A DNA stretch of 64,000 bases, taken from positions 1-64,000 of the forward strand of contig NW_013546656.1 in the NCBI RefSeq assembly GCF_000760515.2, in the 5' to 3' direction. A program made the position numbers and the translations under genes. Shown here piece by piece: positions 33,317-45,199 of the stretch. The notes beneath the pieces were generated by a model, which saw nothing but the letters and a program-made list of their open reading frames with translations, did not search any database and was not told the origin of the DNA. Numbering within the stretch: the stretch's first letter is position 1; the number at the start of each line of letters is the position of its first letter. This DNA is from Mitosporidium daphniae. Lineage: Eukaryota.

Positions 33317-34870
33317 TTAATCATCCCCAATGTAAAAGTCAACAAGGGTTGAGAAAACAATAAGGATAACGCCAACCGAACAATTTGGCAAAACACCACC
33401 GTTCATAATTTGCTGTGCTATCAATAACTTTATCAACACAAAACCATTAGCGAGTGCGAAAACGAAACCGAGTACAATATTCAAATTGTTGCTAATGGAC
33501 GGATCAATATTCCCAATATCCAACCAAGATGGGATGTACGAATAATTTAAATAGGAATTGAAACCTTTCTTCCACGGAAGTTTTGTTAAGAAATAAAAGG
33601 GAGCGACTAAGAAGCGTGGAGTCCAACCATTGTTGTGGAAGATCAGTTGGTTAAGATATTCAGGTGGGGGGGCTTGTTGTTTGATAATAGTCAGCCCGGT
33701 TTCTACTCCCGCGACACTAATATTCAAAAATTTAGAACCAAGCTTTTTAACATTCTCATCCATGGTATTGTTATTAGGACACACTGATTCTTCTGTTTTT
33801 TGATCGTGAACTGAGCATGTTTGACTGGTACTGTCTTCATTTTTTTGTTGTTTATCGTCTTCATTTTGATCTTTTGAATTGGTATTTTTAGTGTGTGTGT
33901 GTTTATGGACAGATGGATCAGAGTTCACACTGACGTCTTTGTTGCCGGATTTAGGAACTATCCCTGCAACAAGATTGTAAATTTTTTTTAATCCTTTTGT
34001 AGCATTTGAAATCGTTTGGTTAACCGTTTTGCTAACTATAGTGGAAATTTTGTTTTCTTGGTCTGTTAGAGTTGAGTTCATATCATTAACACGATCAGTA
34101 CCTAAATTATTTGCTTCAGCATTACTGTTTGGAGCACTACTGTTTGGAGCACTACTGGTTGAAGCACTACTGGTTGAAGCATCACTGGTTGAAGCATCAC
34201 TGGTTGAATCATTACTGGTTGAATCATTACTGGTTGAAGCAGATTGATGATTGGTGGAGTTTTTGCCTGCAGACAAGGGAGAGATATAAGTTTGATTACT
34301 ACTAACCCACTCACCACCGATTTTATCACATTCTTGTTTTTTCGCATCATTATTCCCAGTGTCACCAAAATAGCCTTTGTAATATAATGGAATAAGAACA
34401 GCAAAGACAGCTACGCCAATGTAGACAGGAAAGTTTTTCGGATTCATAAGATGCTTCGACTTGAGTGCCGTTATGGCCTTAACGAATCTGAGATTTGCAA
34501 TACGATTGAAGATGGATGCAAAGGAAAACAGCCGATCTTTGTCTGATGAAGCGAGTGTTGATAAGCCAGCAGTGTTTACGTAATAACTGGCACCAGCCAG
34601 AATTCCGCCAAAGATCGTTGCAATAGCAATGGCTTTTTTCATTGTAACTATAGAATTGGCTCGCGTTTTTATTTTCAGCTCTCCATCTGCACTTAAACCC
34701 GCTTGCTGGGGGGAGAGCATGACTTGTCCATTCGTGAGTGGTTGGGATACTAAGGTCGTTACCGGTGCTATTAAAAGGGAGTCTGGGCTCCAAAAAAACA
34801 AAACTGCGACAACAGTAACGGAAACTAAAACAAGAACAGATGTTACAACGATATGATTAGAATAGCGCAT
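33317..34870 (-). CDS. Orphan multi-pass membrane protein with S/T/N-rich repeat region (517 aa)
   Basis: Intronless AT-rich ORF; three N-terminal and two C-terminal hydrophobic segments. Confidence 0.75.
   Translation of the reverse strand: MRYSNHIVVTSVLVLVSVTVVAVLFFWSPDSLLIAPVTTLVSQPLTNGQVMLSPQQAGLSADGELKIKTRANSIVTMKKAIAIATIFGGILAGASYYVNTAGLSTLASSDKDRLFSFASIFNRIANLRFVKAITALKSKHLMNPKNFPVYIGVAVFAVLIPLYYKGYFGDTGNNDAKKQECDKIGGEWVSSNQTYISPLSAGKNSTNHQSASTSNDSTSNDSTSDASTSDASTSSASTSSAPNSSAPNSNAEANNLGTDRVNDMNSTLTDQENKISTIVSKTVNQTISNATKGLKKIYNLVAGIVPKSGNKDVSVNSDPSVHKHTHTKNTNSKDQNEDDKQQKNEDSTSQTCSVHDQKTEESVCPNNNTMDENVKKLGSKFLNISVAGVETGLTIIKQQAPPPEYLNQLIFHNNGWTPRFLVAPFYFLTKLPWKKGFNSYLNYSYIPSWLDIGNIDPSISNNLNIVLGFVFALANGFVLIKLLIAQQIMNGGVLPNCSVGVILIVFSTLVDFYIGDD
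34121..34240 (-). repeat. Eight in-frame 15-nt tandem units (STSND/STSDA/STSSA/PNSSA-type pentapeptides)
   Basis: Units such as actactggttgaagc; variants occur as adjacent pairs. Confidence 0.9.
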
Positions 34871-35442
34871 CGGTAGATTAAAAAACCCCGTTAACGTTTA
34901 TACACCATAATGATCTATTTACTTATTGGTGCAAACCGCCTGCACAATGACCATTCGTGCAACTGATATCGCACGACTTCATATTCGATTAAAACTTGTT
35001 TATGTACATTTTATTCTTATTGGATGGTAAAATGAATTTACAAAGCATATTAATTTAAAACGAAATTAATATTGAAAAGAGGTTTGACAGGATCTTTGAG
35101 GAGGTACATTTATCATACCGGAAATAAAGGGATGCCAACAAGATCACTTGTGCGCGCACCAGAAATCGAGACGAATTCCTGCTGAAAAAAGAATAATTGG
35201 ACCATTGCTGGTGGTTTAAAATTACTCAAAACGGGACCAAAATAACAACCGGCACAAGAGAAACAACGAGCACGGCTTTTACTATGATGAAACGTAGGCA
35301 CAAGCGCACATTAAAAAGCGCCTTTCCACATGATCTATCGCGGTACGCTCCATATGGCGGTGGGTACACACGGATTCAAGTAAAATTAAAACCAATTTAA
35401 TTAATTAACCGGAAATCCTGTCAAAGTTTAATTGATTTTAGA

Positions 35443-38440
35443 ATGCAAACCTATAGCAGCGGGTTACATCATTTAGCAAGCGTTCTTGGGCAGACATTGA
35501 ATCCAACAAACAGAAAAGAAGGTAGTGTCGTCATAAATTGCCTGAATTTTAGCGGAGGCTATTTTGGCAAAGATGGAGTGCGAAGTTCCCCACTTCTCAA
35601 TACATTTGTTGGGGGTATCCCTTGGACCCTCAGCACCCTCAAATATGGCCGCCGCTGTATATTTAAAGAATTTTGTTAGGAAGCATTGGAAAATAGCTTG
35701 TCCGGTAGATGAAATGGCTGAAAATGAGCCGGATGCATCACAGGCTGCCGATCCAGCCACCAGCGAGCTGAGCACAGATGAGCGCAAAGATCTAAAGGGG
35801 GCTCTTCTTGACGCCTTGCAAAGAGGATGCATTAATGCATCAATTTCTCAAATCATTTCAGAATCGATCTCTCAAATTGCGATAAGAGATTTTGTGCTCG
35901 GAAAATGGCCCGAGTTTCTTCCCTTCCTTGCGGCACTATTACAACAAGACGATCCGCTCAAACGGTGCTGTGCGTTGCAAGTGTGCACTTCTACATTTTC
36001 TCGCTATCGATACGAGTTTCGAACTGATAGTCTTTTCAGAGAAATCAATGCCGTCATGGGATCCATAGCTGCTCCGTTGCTTGCCATATTTATCGGACAA
36101 CACGCGCATGATAAGAGCTTTTTTCTTCGTGAGCAAAGACTTCTATTGGAGATATTTTATTCGCTCTCCGCCCAAGACATTCCTGCGTTTTTCGAGGAAA
36201 ATTTCGGCACTCAAATAGTGCCTGTCATTGACCGAATTCTTTCCGAGCAGGGGGATGATCAGGAGCTGGTTCAAGTACAAGTTTCTGCATGCGAATTTAT
36301 TCGGCTGTACGTTGTGCGCTATGAAGAAGAGGTTGGGGAATATCTGGTGCCTTTAGTCATCTCCATACTCCGATTGCTGTCCTCTTCTATGGGCAGTTCC
36401 TCTACTCAGGAGCTGGTCGTAAGCGAGGCACTGGGCGTTGTTGCAGCAGTACTTCGTAAACCCCGCTTCAGAGTTCTCTTTGATGAATCCTCAATGCTGG
36501 CCGCAGTCATTGAGCGCATTGTGCTTCCCTCTTTGCTTCTGCAGGAGGCTGACGAAGAAGCAGTTGGAACAACGATTTCTGAAGCCACCGATTGGATTCT
36601 TGTTCATTTTGGGGACGAGTTTGTCTCTGGCCAAAAGAAAGCCCTTCATTCCCAAGGAGAATTGCGGCGGCGGCCTGCTGCAGAAGAGGTCCTACGAGCC
36701 CTGATGACGGCATATCCTGAACCGGTCAAATTGCTTCTTGAGCGCTTTTTGACTACCGCTCGTTGTAGCGCAAATTGGCGGCTACGAGAGGCTTCTATTG
36801 TCATAAACATCTCCATGCTTCTTCCCGCTGTCAAGGTGCAAACCACACTCGCAGCCACCAATGTTGCACCAGCAATCACAAACAACCCTAACCCTCAAGC
36901 AGTGATCGTTTTGGAACATGAAATAATGCCGCTTCTTGTGGAGCTCCTTCCTACGTTATCCAATGCCTGTGCTCCCCTGTCATCGCCGGCTGCTTTTCTT
37001 GCATCAATGGCGCTTCGTTTCTGTACTTGCTCAGTTGACGCTCTGAAAGCTCTTAACCCTACTCTTTTTCGATTGCTTGTTAATTTGGCAATGAAAGATC
37101 TTTTACGTATTCGGAACCCATTAGTCCATCTCCCTGCTGCGCTGTTTTTGGAACGTGTAATTTCTCTCAATTCCGAAGAGATTATTTCTCCAATAGAGCG
37201 AGCCTTGGAAACCATTGTGGCAGTGGTCAAGCTGGTGGAGGAGCAAGTGGTTTCACTTTCCCATGAACCTGAAATTATGATGCGCTTGATGGCGCATCTG
37301 TTATATCACTCGAAAGGACGATTGGATCCCTCGGCATTGGATGTGCTTATTCAAAGCCTTTCTGTGATAATAGCACGTTGTGGGCCGTCTCCAAAAAACC
37401 CCTCGTTTACACGATGGACTTGGGAGGCGTTCGGACTACTTGGTGTTTGGTGTCCCATTTGTAGGGATAAGCTCCTTGGTTGCCCTGTCAGCCTAACGCT
37501 TCAAGAAGGTTATGCAGACCATGCATCTTATGCATTACTTCTTCTTGGGGTTCTTCTCGGAGCCGGAGTCATTGAAGAGTCTAGACCCTCCCAAGCAACA
37601 CTAGCGCTTGCACGTGAATTTCTACCAGCGCTACTTTGCTCTGAAACGTGGCAACCTGGGCTTATGGGATCGCTTGGCCGTGTCCTGGAATCATATGTGG
37701 GTTCCAACCTGCTCGGAACAGACCACTACCATGCGTTTAGTACACTGTTGACAACGGTACTTTTAGCGCCCGGCTCGTCACCTCTCAAGCTAATGGCAGG
37801 AATCAGGGTTTTGCGAACGATGCTTGCAAACAGCGGCAATTCAATTGGACCTCTCATCTTCCATGCGGTTGTTTCCCTGTTTGGACGGCCACGTCCGGAA
37901 GGGGTCCGTCGGCGACTGGCAAAACCCCTTGTAAGGTTGTTCATCCATGCTGCTGCCGCTTCTGCAGTTGACCTTGGGGCGTTGCTTAAGGGCCTAAATG
38001 ATATTCCAAGTTTTTTTTCGCTCGAAGTGCTTGCAACCCCCACATCGAGTGGAAGTGGAGGCGAAGCACTAGGACTTTTGCGACTGTGGCGCAGCGCGCA
38101 GACATTGGGGCTACAGCTTATTCCGCTTGCTGAGGCAAGTATTTCCGCCGTGTGTCAGTTCAAAGACAATGCTACCAATAATGTTGACTACCGCAAGGGC
38201 ATTTTCCCAGTGTGGAGCGCCACTAACGACATGAGTGGTAGCATTCGATTGATGGCAAGCGATGCTTTGGACATACCTGAGCATATGCTCAGTGTTGTTG
38301 CAGTGACAATTTCCCAGCTCGAACAGGAGCTTATTTCGTGCGTGCAGATGTCTACCAAGGAGCTCCTCGATGGTCTTTCCAAGGAAACTCGCGCTCAATT
38401 GGCCCACTTTTCTAGATCAGCGTATGTATGTATCCAGTAA
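35443..38440 (+). CDS. CSE1: Exportin-2 / importin-alpha re-exporter
   Basis: LGQTLNPTNRKEAEAIL (31-nt intron 35522-35552), AAAVYLKNFVRKHW, DF...WPEFL, FSRYRYEFRTDSLFREI, FYSLSAQDIPAFFEEN, PKNPSF. Confidence 0.88.
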
Positions 38441-38671
38441 ATTTCTATAAACCACATCTCTTCTCCTTTGCTTGCCCGTTAATTGATCCACCATGCAGTC
38501 TGGTTACCGTCGAAATATTGGCCGGTGCTTTTTAAAATCCTTCGCACCATAGGTTTGTTTGCAGTTGCGGAAAATTAGCTGATAGGCAGGATTTACAAAT
38601 ATATATCGAGGAGAGGTCTCTGATTGGACGCCTACAGCCAATTAATTAATTTTTACATTTGTTCTTTTATT

Positions 38672-39028
38672 ATGGCAGACTTTGACCTATGGTCAGGGCT
38701 ACGGCGCCGACCTCGAGTTTCCATAGAAATATTCCTACTTTTAGCTGCGCTGCTTGTTTTTATTTTAATTTTCTTGACATGCGACCGAAGCACGCTTATT
38801 TCATGGCGAGAAGCATGCATCGGATCGATCCCTCCTGTTGATAGCAACTCTAGTGTCGTCAATGCAGATATCGTGCCAGTAGTTGCAGATACATATGAAG
38901 AGCAATTTGTCGCTGCACTTGAATGTCCGCCAAAATTCATCTTGATATGTTGCACCCTGCTTGCGTCCGGAGCAGCAATTTCAATCTTGTTCTTGTTCAT
39001 GGTTGACGTATGGCAACACAGAAGATAA
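38672..39028 (+). CDS. Small hypothetical protein with two TM segments
   Basis: ATG after an AT-rich tract; hydrophobic IFLLLAALLVFILIFL and FILICCTLLASGAAISILFLF. Confidence 0.5.
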   Translation: MADFDLWSGLRRRPRVSIEIFLLLAALLVFILIFLTCDRSTLISWREACIGSIPPVDSNSSVVNADIVPVVADTYEEQFVAALECPPKFILICCTLLASGAAISILFLFMVDVWQHRR

Positions 39029-39432
39029 TCCCATAACCGGGTGATCGTTTTATTTATTAAATGTTATCTTATTTTGATTGAGTGCATATGGATCGCTATT
39101 GTCGCGGAAAATGTCTTTTCAAAGGTAATATCCGTACGCTTTTCGGCATCAAAATTACACTTGCTACCATGATAGCAATCAACATGCTGGAGCCTCTGAT
39201 ATTTACCGTGCCTTTCTTGAAAAAGGAACCAAGTCTTTAAAATGCCATATTTCGGCCCGCAGACAAGGACTTGTTGAGACAATAATTACCTCTGGGTACA
39301 TTTGTGTGCGATCGATGTCGGGGTTTGGAGACCAAAGTAGCGTACAAATATCTTGCGGTCTAGGGATCGGAATTTTAAATTAGCTTGGTGGTAGCCTTAT
39401 CATTTCCACCCGAGGACTTTTAATAAATAGAT

Positions 39433-40644
39433 TTATTGGCTCAATGTGTTTGCTGTGGTGGTTGCCTTTTCGAGACGCTCGAGTTGGTCCATAAATGAGG
39501 AGGGAACATGATGTCGGGATGCAATTTTTATGAGTGCTGCCCTGAGATCTGGGCTTAGCGATTCCGGGCCAAGCTCTTGCACAAGTCCCGCAACAAAAGC
39601 AGCGAGATGCTCGAACCCTTGCTCAGGAGAGCTGGCTTGCGAAAGAATACCATCAAAAATCCTGAAAAAAAGAAGCGGCCCAACTTCGATGGAATTTTTT
39701 TTCATGGTGACAACATGCGACAGAAGGAGGTCGATACGAGCACCCCTCAAAAGCAGGGAACACACACGACTTCCAAAGGAGGCCAGCGTTGCACCGTGCA
39801 CGGGCGAGCTTTTGGGCAATCGTATCACAGTCAACAGGGTATTGAAGACTTCACTGACATCCTTAACAATGGCGGCATCATTCGAGGAAATGAGTGCATC
39901 TAGCGCAATCAAGTGAAATAGCGTCTCATCAGAGGGACAAAAGAGCCTCCACGTGGAGACAACAAGCTTTGGAAGCCCTGCTGCACCGAGTTCGTACAAC
40001 AAAAACTGAATGAATTCAGTTGACTGGCCAACATGTTGCAAAAGCCCCAACGAGGGCTCAAGTAACGACACGACTGTTTTCCAATCGCCATTGAGAATGC
40101 AGTGAGTCAATATTATTTCTATGGTGGCGCTATTTGGATGCAGAGAATTTGCTTTAAAGAGCCGTAGGATACGGATGATCCATTCATCTACCTTGGTGCT
40201 GGAAAGCTTATCTTGAGAATTGGTATGATGGGTCAAGCCCCCTGAAAGAAACGAATTAAGAATGGTAACTGTGGGCGGGCAGTTGGGAGAGCACTCGATC
40301 ATTTCAAAAATGTTCTGCTGGCCCAAATGGTCGCCATTTTTGTCCGCTTCAACCATCAGACGCTCATAATCTGCAACCGATAGCATCGAATAAAGTGAAG
40401 CAGATGCGTATGAAATTATGTGCTTTGAAATTGAATATTTTTGCTCTTGAATTGCCAACCTTAAAACGGAAAGCGTCATTGATGGAAACAGTAAAGGCTC
40501 AGAGATGGTCGAATATAGCGAAAATATCGGCTCCACTTCTAATTTAGGCTGTGAAAGTAATGCCATTAGCTGTGATTCCGCTGTAGATGCCGAGGCGCGC
40601 GAAGAAACAGAAAAAAGACGAAAAGACATAGGCCATCGATGCAT
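39433..40644 (-). CDS. Putative mitochondrion-targeted helical-repeat (PPR-like) protein
   Basis: R/S-rich presequence-like start; PPR-like segments PTVTILNSFLSG and LHPNSATIEIILTHC. Confidence 0.5.
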   Translation of the reverse strand: MHRWPMSFRLFSVSSRASASTAESQLMALLSQPKLEVEPIFSLYSTISEPLLFPSMTLSVLRLAIQEQKYSISKHIISYASASLYSMLSVADYERLMVEADKNGDHLGQQNIFEMIECSPNCPPTVTILNSFLSGGLTHHTNSQDKLSSTKVDEWIIRILRLFKANSLHPNSATIEIILTHCILNGDWKTVVSLLEPSLGLLQHVGQSTEFIQFLLYELGAAGLPKLVVSTWRLFCPSDETLFHLIALDALISSNDAAIVKDVSEVFNTLLTVIRLPKSSPVHGATLASFGSRVCSLLLRGARIDLLLSHVVTMKKNSIEVGPLLFFRIFDGILSQASSPEQGFEHLAAFVAGLVQELGPESLSPDLRAALIKIASRHHVPSSFMDQLERLEKATTTANTLSQ

Positions 40645-41133
40645 TGAACAAGTTGCCTATTTATTTTTTAAATTATTTGTTTGCATGAATGAATTCGAAA
40701 CCAATTTTGGGTTTAAAAACACCTGTTGCTCATTCTGGGTAATAAACGCGCGAATGTGTGTCAATATGCTTTTTACCATGTAGAGGAAACGTCATCAGTG
40801 ACATGCAAGTCAAAAGCTACAATTTCACACCATCATCTCGTTGGTGGTTTAAAATATTGCATGTCTAAAGTTGAAGGATCGACGTGCAAGAGACATTAAG
40901 GCGCCGTATTGGAAAACGACTTGAAATTGCATAGCGCAACTAAATGCAATCCGGCGTTTAGGCAAACTTTTGCGATAAATTTGGTTTTGCTGCAATTGAT
41001 TTCAAAGTTCAGAGTATTTCATGGCACAAAGGTAATAATGAGTGCAGAGATCCATTTAGAGCGCCCTATTGGCAGTCTGAATTGTTTTAGGGTAAATTGT
41101 TTTAATATATTCAAAGTTGGTACAATTTTTACC

Positions 41134-41207
41134 GTCACCATGGTGTAGTCGGTTATCACATGTCCTTTACACGGACAAGGCCCTCGGTTCGATTCCGAGT
41201 GGTGACA
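41134..41207 (+). tRNA. tRNA-Val (anticodon TAC)
   Basis: Acceptor stem GTCACCA/TGGTGAC, anticodon arm TGTCC-TTTACAC-GGACA, T arm CTCGG-TTCGATT-CCGAG, followed by TTTT. Confidence 0.97.
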
Positions 41208-41277
41208 TTTTGCCATTGAAATAATTATTATTTGGTTTTAAGGCTTTAATTTTAATTTTGCATCGATAACGTATCGG

Positions 41278-44200
41278 ATGATGGCGGATCCCCCCAAACT
41301 AGCGTCATCGTTCGGCAAGACGATGCTTATCAACAAATCCCAAGAAGCCGATGAGCAAAATGACATAGTCACACAGGAAGATTGTTGGACCGTCATATCT
41401 TCGTTTTTCGAGCTGAAAGGATTAGTGCGCCAGCAGCTGGACTCCTTTGATGAGTTTATACAAAATACGATGCAGGAAATTGTGGATGAAAATGCAAATC
41501 TTGTGGTAGAGTGCGCCAATGCAAATGCATTGGCCTCCGAGAGGGGACGTCGCCACGAAATCCATTTTGGACAAATTTACCTTTCAAAGCCATCGATGAC
41601 AGAATCCGATGGTTCTACATATCCGATGTTTCCAAACGAGGCTCGGCTTCGAAACCTGACCTATGCGGCTCCATTATATGTGGACATTACTCGGCGCATT
41701 GTTTCTGGCGGTGACTCGACAACACCGCATGGAGGCGATGATGTGATCGTCCACGAGGTCGAAGAGCTCCCCAAGGTGTTTATTGGCAAAATTCCAATTA
41801 TGCTACGCTCGACATACTGTATCCTACATGGCATTAGTGACCGTGAGCTAGTTGACCTTGGGGAATGTCCTTACGATCAAGGCGGGTATTTTATCATCTC
41901 TGGCTCTGAAAAGGTACTTTCGATCCACATTTATGTACTCTTTTATCGTTGCTGGCTTTTTGATCGTTTCACGCAACCTTGCTAATTTTTCAGGTGTTAA
42001 TTGCTCAAGAGCGTATGGCTACCAATGTGGTTTATGTTTTTTCCAAAGCACAACCTTCCCCCGTAACTCATATTGCAGAGATCCGATCGTCAGTTGAAAA
42101 GGGATCAAAACTCTCCACGACACTTACGCTAAAGCTTCAAACACGCGGTGCAGGGGGGAGCAACGGCGAGGGTGGAAAGGTGATTCGGGTCGCTGTTCCC
42201 TATGTCAAGAGCGATATTCCAATTGGAATTTTATTTCGGGCATTGGGGTTTGTCTCAGACCGGGAGATTCTGGAGCATATTTGCTGGGATTTCGAGGATG
42301 CTGAGATGCTTGCAGCTCTGAAGCCATCTATTGAAGAGGCAATTGTGATACAGGACCAGACCAATGCTCTCGACTTTATTGGGAAAAGAGGCACGCCACC
42401 GGGGACGCCACAGGACCGCCGCATCTCCTTTGCACGAATGATTCTGCAGAAAGAGATGCTACCGCACATGGGCGTGCTAGAGTTCAACGAGACAAAAAAG
42501 GCATATTTTTTGGGATACATGGCGCATCGCCTGCTGCTTGGTGCTCTCGACAGGCGTGAGCTTGATGATCGCGATCATTACGGCAAGAAAAGACTTGATC
42601 TTGCAGGGCCACTTCTGGCCATGCTCTTTCGCACACTATTTAGAAAGCTGACGCGGGATGTTGGCCGTCACCTTCAACGGTGTGTCGACGGAAATCGGGA
42701 TTTTAATTTGACGCTTGCCGTGAAGAGTACCACGATCAGCGGGGGCCTCAAGTACTCATTGGCCACCGGAAACTGGGGTGAGCAAAAAAATGCCATGTCC
42801 TCACGAGCTGGTGTTTCTCAAGTCCTTAACCGTTATACGTATGCATCAACACTTTCACACTTGCGGCGGGTGAACACGCCAATTGGCCGCGAAGGAAAGC
42901 TTGCAAAGCCGCGTCAGCTACACAATACGCACTGGGGAATGGTCTGTCCCGCTGAAACACCAGAAGGCCAAGCGTGTGGACTTGTGAAGAACCTTGCGCT
43001 AATGGCATATATTTCTGTGGGCTCTTCCTCAGCCCTGATAATCGAGTTTTTAGAAGAATGGACGACAGAAAATTTGGAAGAAATTTCACCCGCCATCATT
43101 GCGGAGGCAACCAAAATTTTTGTCAATGGCTGTTGGGTCGGCATACATAGGGATCCTGCACAGCTGGTGCGGACATTGCGGCGATTGCGGCGCAGTCTGG
43201 ATCTCTCTTCGGAAGTGTCTATTGTGAGGGACATTCCAAATCGCGAGCTAAGATTGGCAACCGATGCTGGAAGAGCATGTCGGCCGCTCTTCATCGTTGA
43301 GGAAGGGCGTGGCCGCTTGGCTTTAAGGCGCTCACACGTCCAACGCTTGCGTGACGTAAATTCATGCTTTGGCTGGGGCGAGCTTGTGGCAGAGGGTGTC
43401 ATAGAATATCTTGATGTAGAAGAAGAAGAATGTGCACTTATCGCGATGACTCCTGACGACTTGGGCGCAATGTCTGGCGAAAATCTCTATACACACTGCG
43501 AAATCCATCCCTCAATGATTCTGGGTATTTGTGGGTCGATCATCCCATTTCCAGATCACAATCAAAGCCCGCGTAATACGTATCAGTCGGCGATGGGCAA
43601 GCAAGCGATGGGGATGTACGTGACGAACTATCTTCTGCGCATGGACACGCTCTCAAATCTGCTCTATTATCCACAGAAGCCATTGGTGACCACCAGAGCC
43701 ATGGAATATCTACACTTTCGAGCACTGCCCTCTGGTCAGAATGCAGTTGTAGCGATTGCTTGCTATTCGGGATACAACCAGGAAGACAGTATCATCATGA
43801 ACCAGTCTGCAATTGACCGTGGACTGTTTCGATCAACTTTTTATCGGACATACCAGGATCAAGAGCAAGATCGTGGGTTTACTTCTGTAGAGATATTTGC
43901 CAAGCCGCAGCGAGATGATCAGCAGACGACGCGGATGCGACACGGTACATATGAAAAGCTCGATGCTGACGGACTTGTGCCCCCAGGTGTCAATGTTGTT
44001 GGTGACGATATTATCATTGGCAAGCTAGTTCCAGAGCCTGCTGCACCAGGTACTACCGCAACGGGAGGAGGAGGAGGAGGAACAGGTAGCCATTGCGACT
44101 CTAATGTATAGGCCGGTTTCGAGATGCCAGCACACCATTGCGGGCTTCTGAGCGCGGAGTTGTTGATAACGTCATGCTGACAACTAATGCGGAGGGCTTC

Positions 44201-45062
44201 AAATTCACAAAGATCCGCATCCGATCTGTACGCGTCCCGCAAATGGGCGACAAATTTGCATCGCGACATGGGCAAAAGGGCACCATTGGAATCACGTACC
44301 GCCAGGAAGATATGCCGTTTACTAGAGAGGGTGTCACCCCAGATATTATCATCAACCCCCATGCCATCCCATCCCGTATGACCGTTGGCCATCTGGTCGA
44401 ATGTCTTCTTGGAAAGGTATGTTTCTGCGGCAACCAAACCCCTGATTTGTACTTTTTATCTTTATTTTATGCTGCTGCATGCTCAACTAACTTTACTTGT
44501 TTAGGTTTCAGCGTGTACGGGCGATGAGGGAGATGCAACACCATTCACCGATGTTACTGTCGATGATATCTCCGCAGCATTGCGGCGGTGTGGCTATCAG
44601 AGCCGCGGCCTCGAGATTATGTACAATGGACACACGGGGCGCAAGCTTGCCGCACAAATCTTCATTGGGCCCACGTACTATCAGCGCTTGAAGCACATGG
44701 TTGATGATAAAATCCATGCTCGAGCAAGGGGGCCCGTTCAGATTCTCACCAGACAGCCGGTAGAGGGTCGATCCCGCGATGGAGGGTTGCGGTTTGGTGA
44801 GATGGAGCGCGATTGTATGATCGCACATGGCGCAGCTGCATTTTTGAAGGAGCGGCTCTTTGACGTTTCTGATGCCTATCGTGTCCATGTTTGCGACACA
44901 TGCGGGCTGCTGGCAATTGCCAATCCGTCAAAAATGACATATGAGTGCAAGGCTTGTCGGAACAAGACAATGATATCTCAAGTTCACCTTCCATATGCCT
45001 TCAAGTTGTTGGTGCAGGAGCTCCAATCTATGAACATTGCACCCCGCCTGCAGCTTGCCTAG
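41278..45062 (+). CDS. RPB2: RNA polymerase II second-largest subunit, 4 exons
   Basis: [86 protein letters not shown]; introns 41914-41993, 44086-44111, 44417-44504. Confidence 0.99.
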
Positions 45063-45199
45063 TGGGGAAGGGAGTCTTTCCTTTAACGATGTTTAAAAAT
45101 GTTGCCAACACGTGGAAATAAAAAGGTTCACACCAACTGGCCAATCAAAATGTACCAACGAAGATACTTTTACTCAGAGATGGCCAATTACAATCCGCG

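Noticed and set aside
34029..34404. Repetitive alternative-frame ORFs (LLVEA, LQPV, HYWL repeats)
   Set aside because: Other-frame readings of the 15-nt minisatellite in the 517-aa gene
36885..36896. AACCCTAACCCT as an interstitial telomere
   Set aside because: Only two units, lying in frame in CSE1 and encoding NPNP
39064..39330. Possible small minus-strand gene
   Set aside because: No convincing start, splice model or recognisable motif
41035..41082. Possible C/D snoRNA upstream of tRNA-Val
   Set aside because: No proper box C, and the weak rRNA complementarity is not adjacent to CTGA
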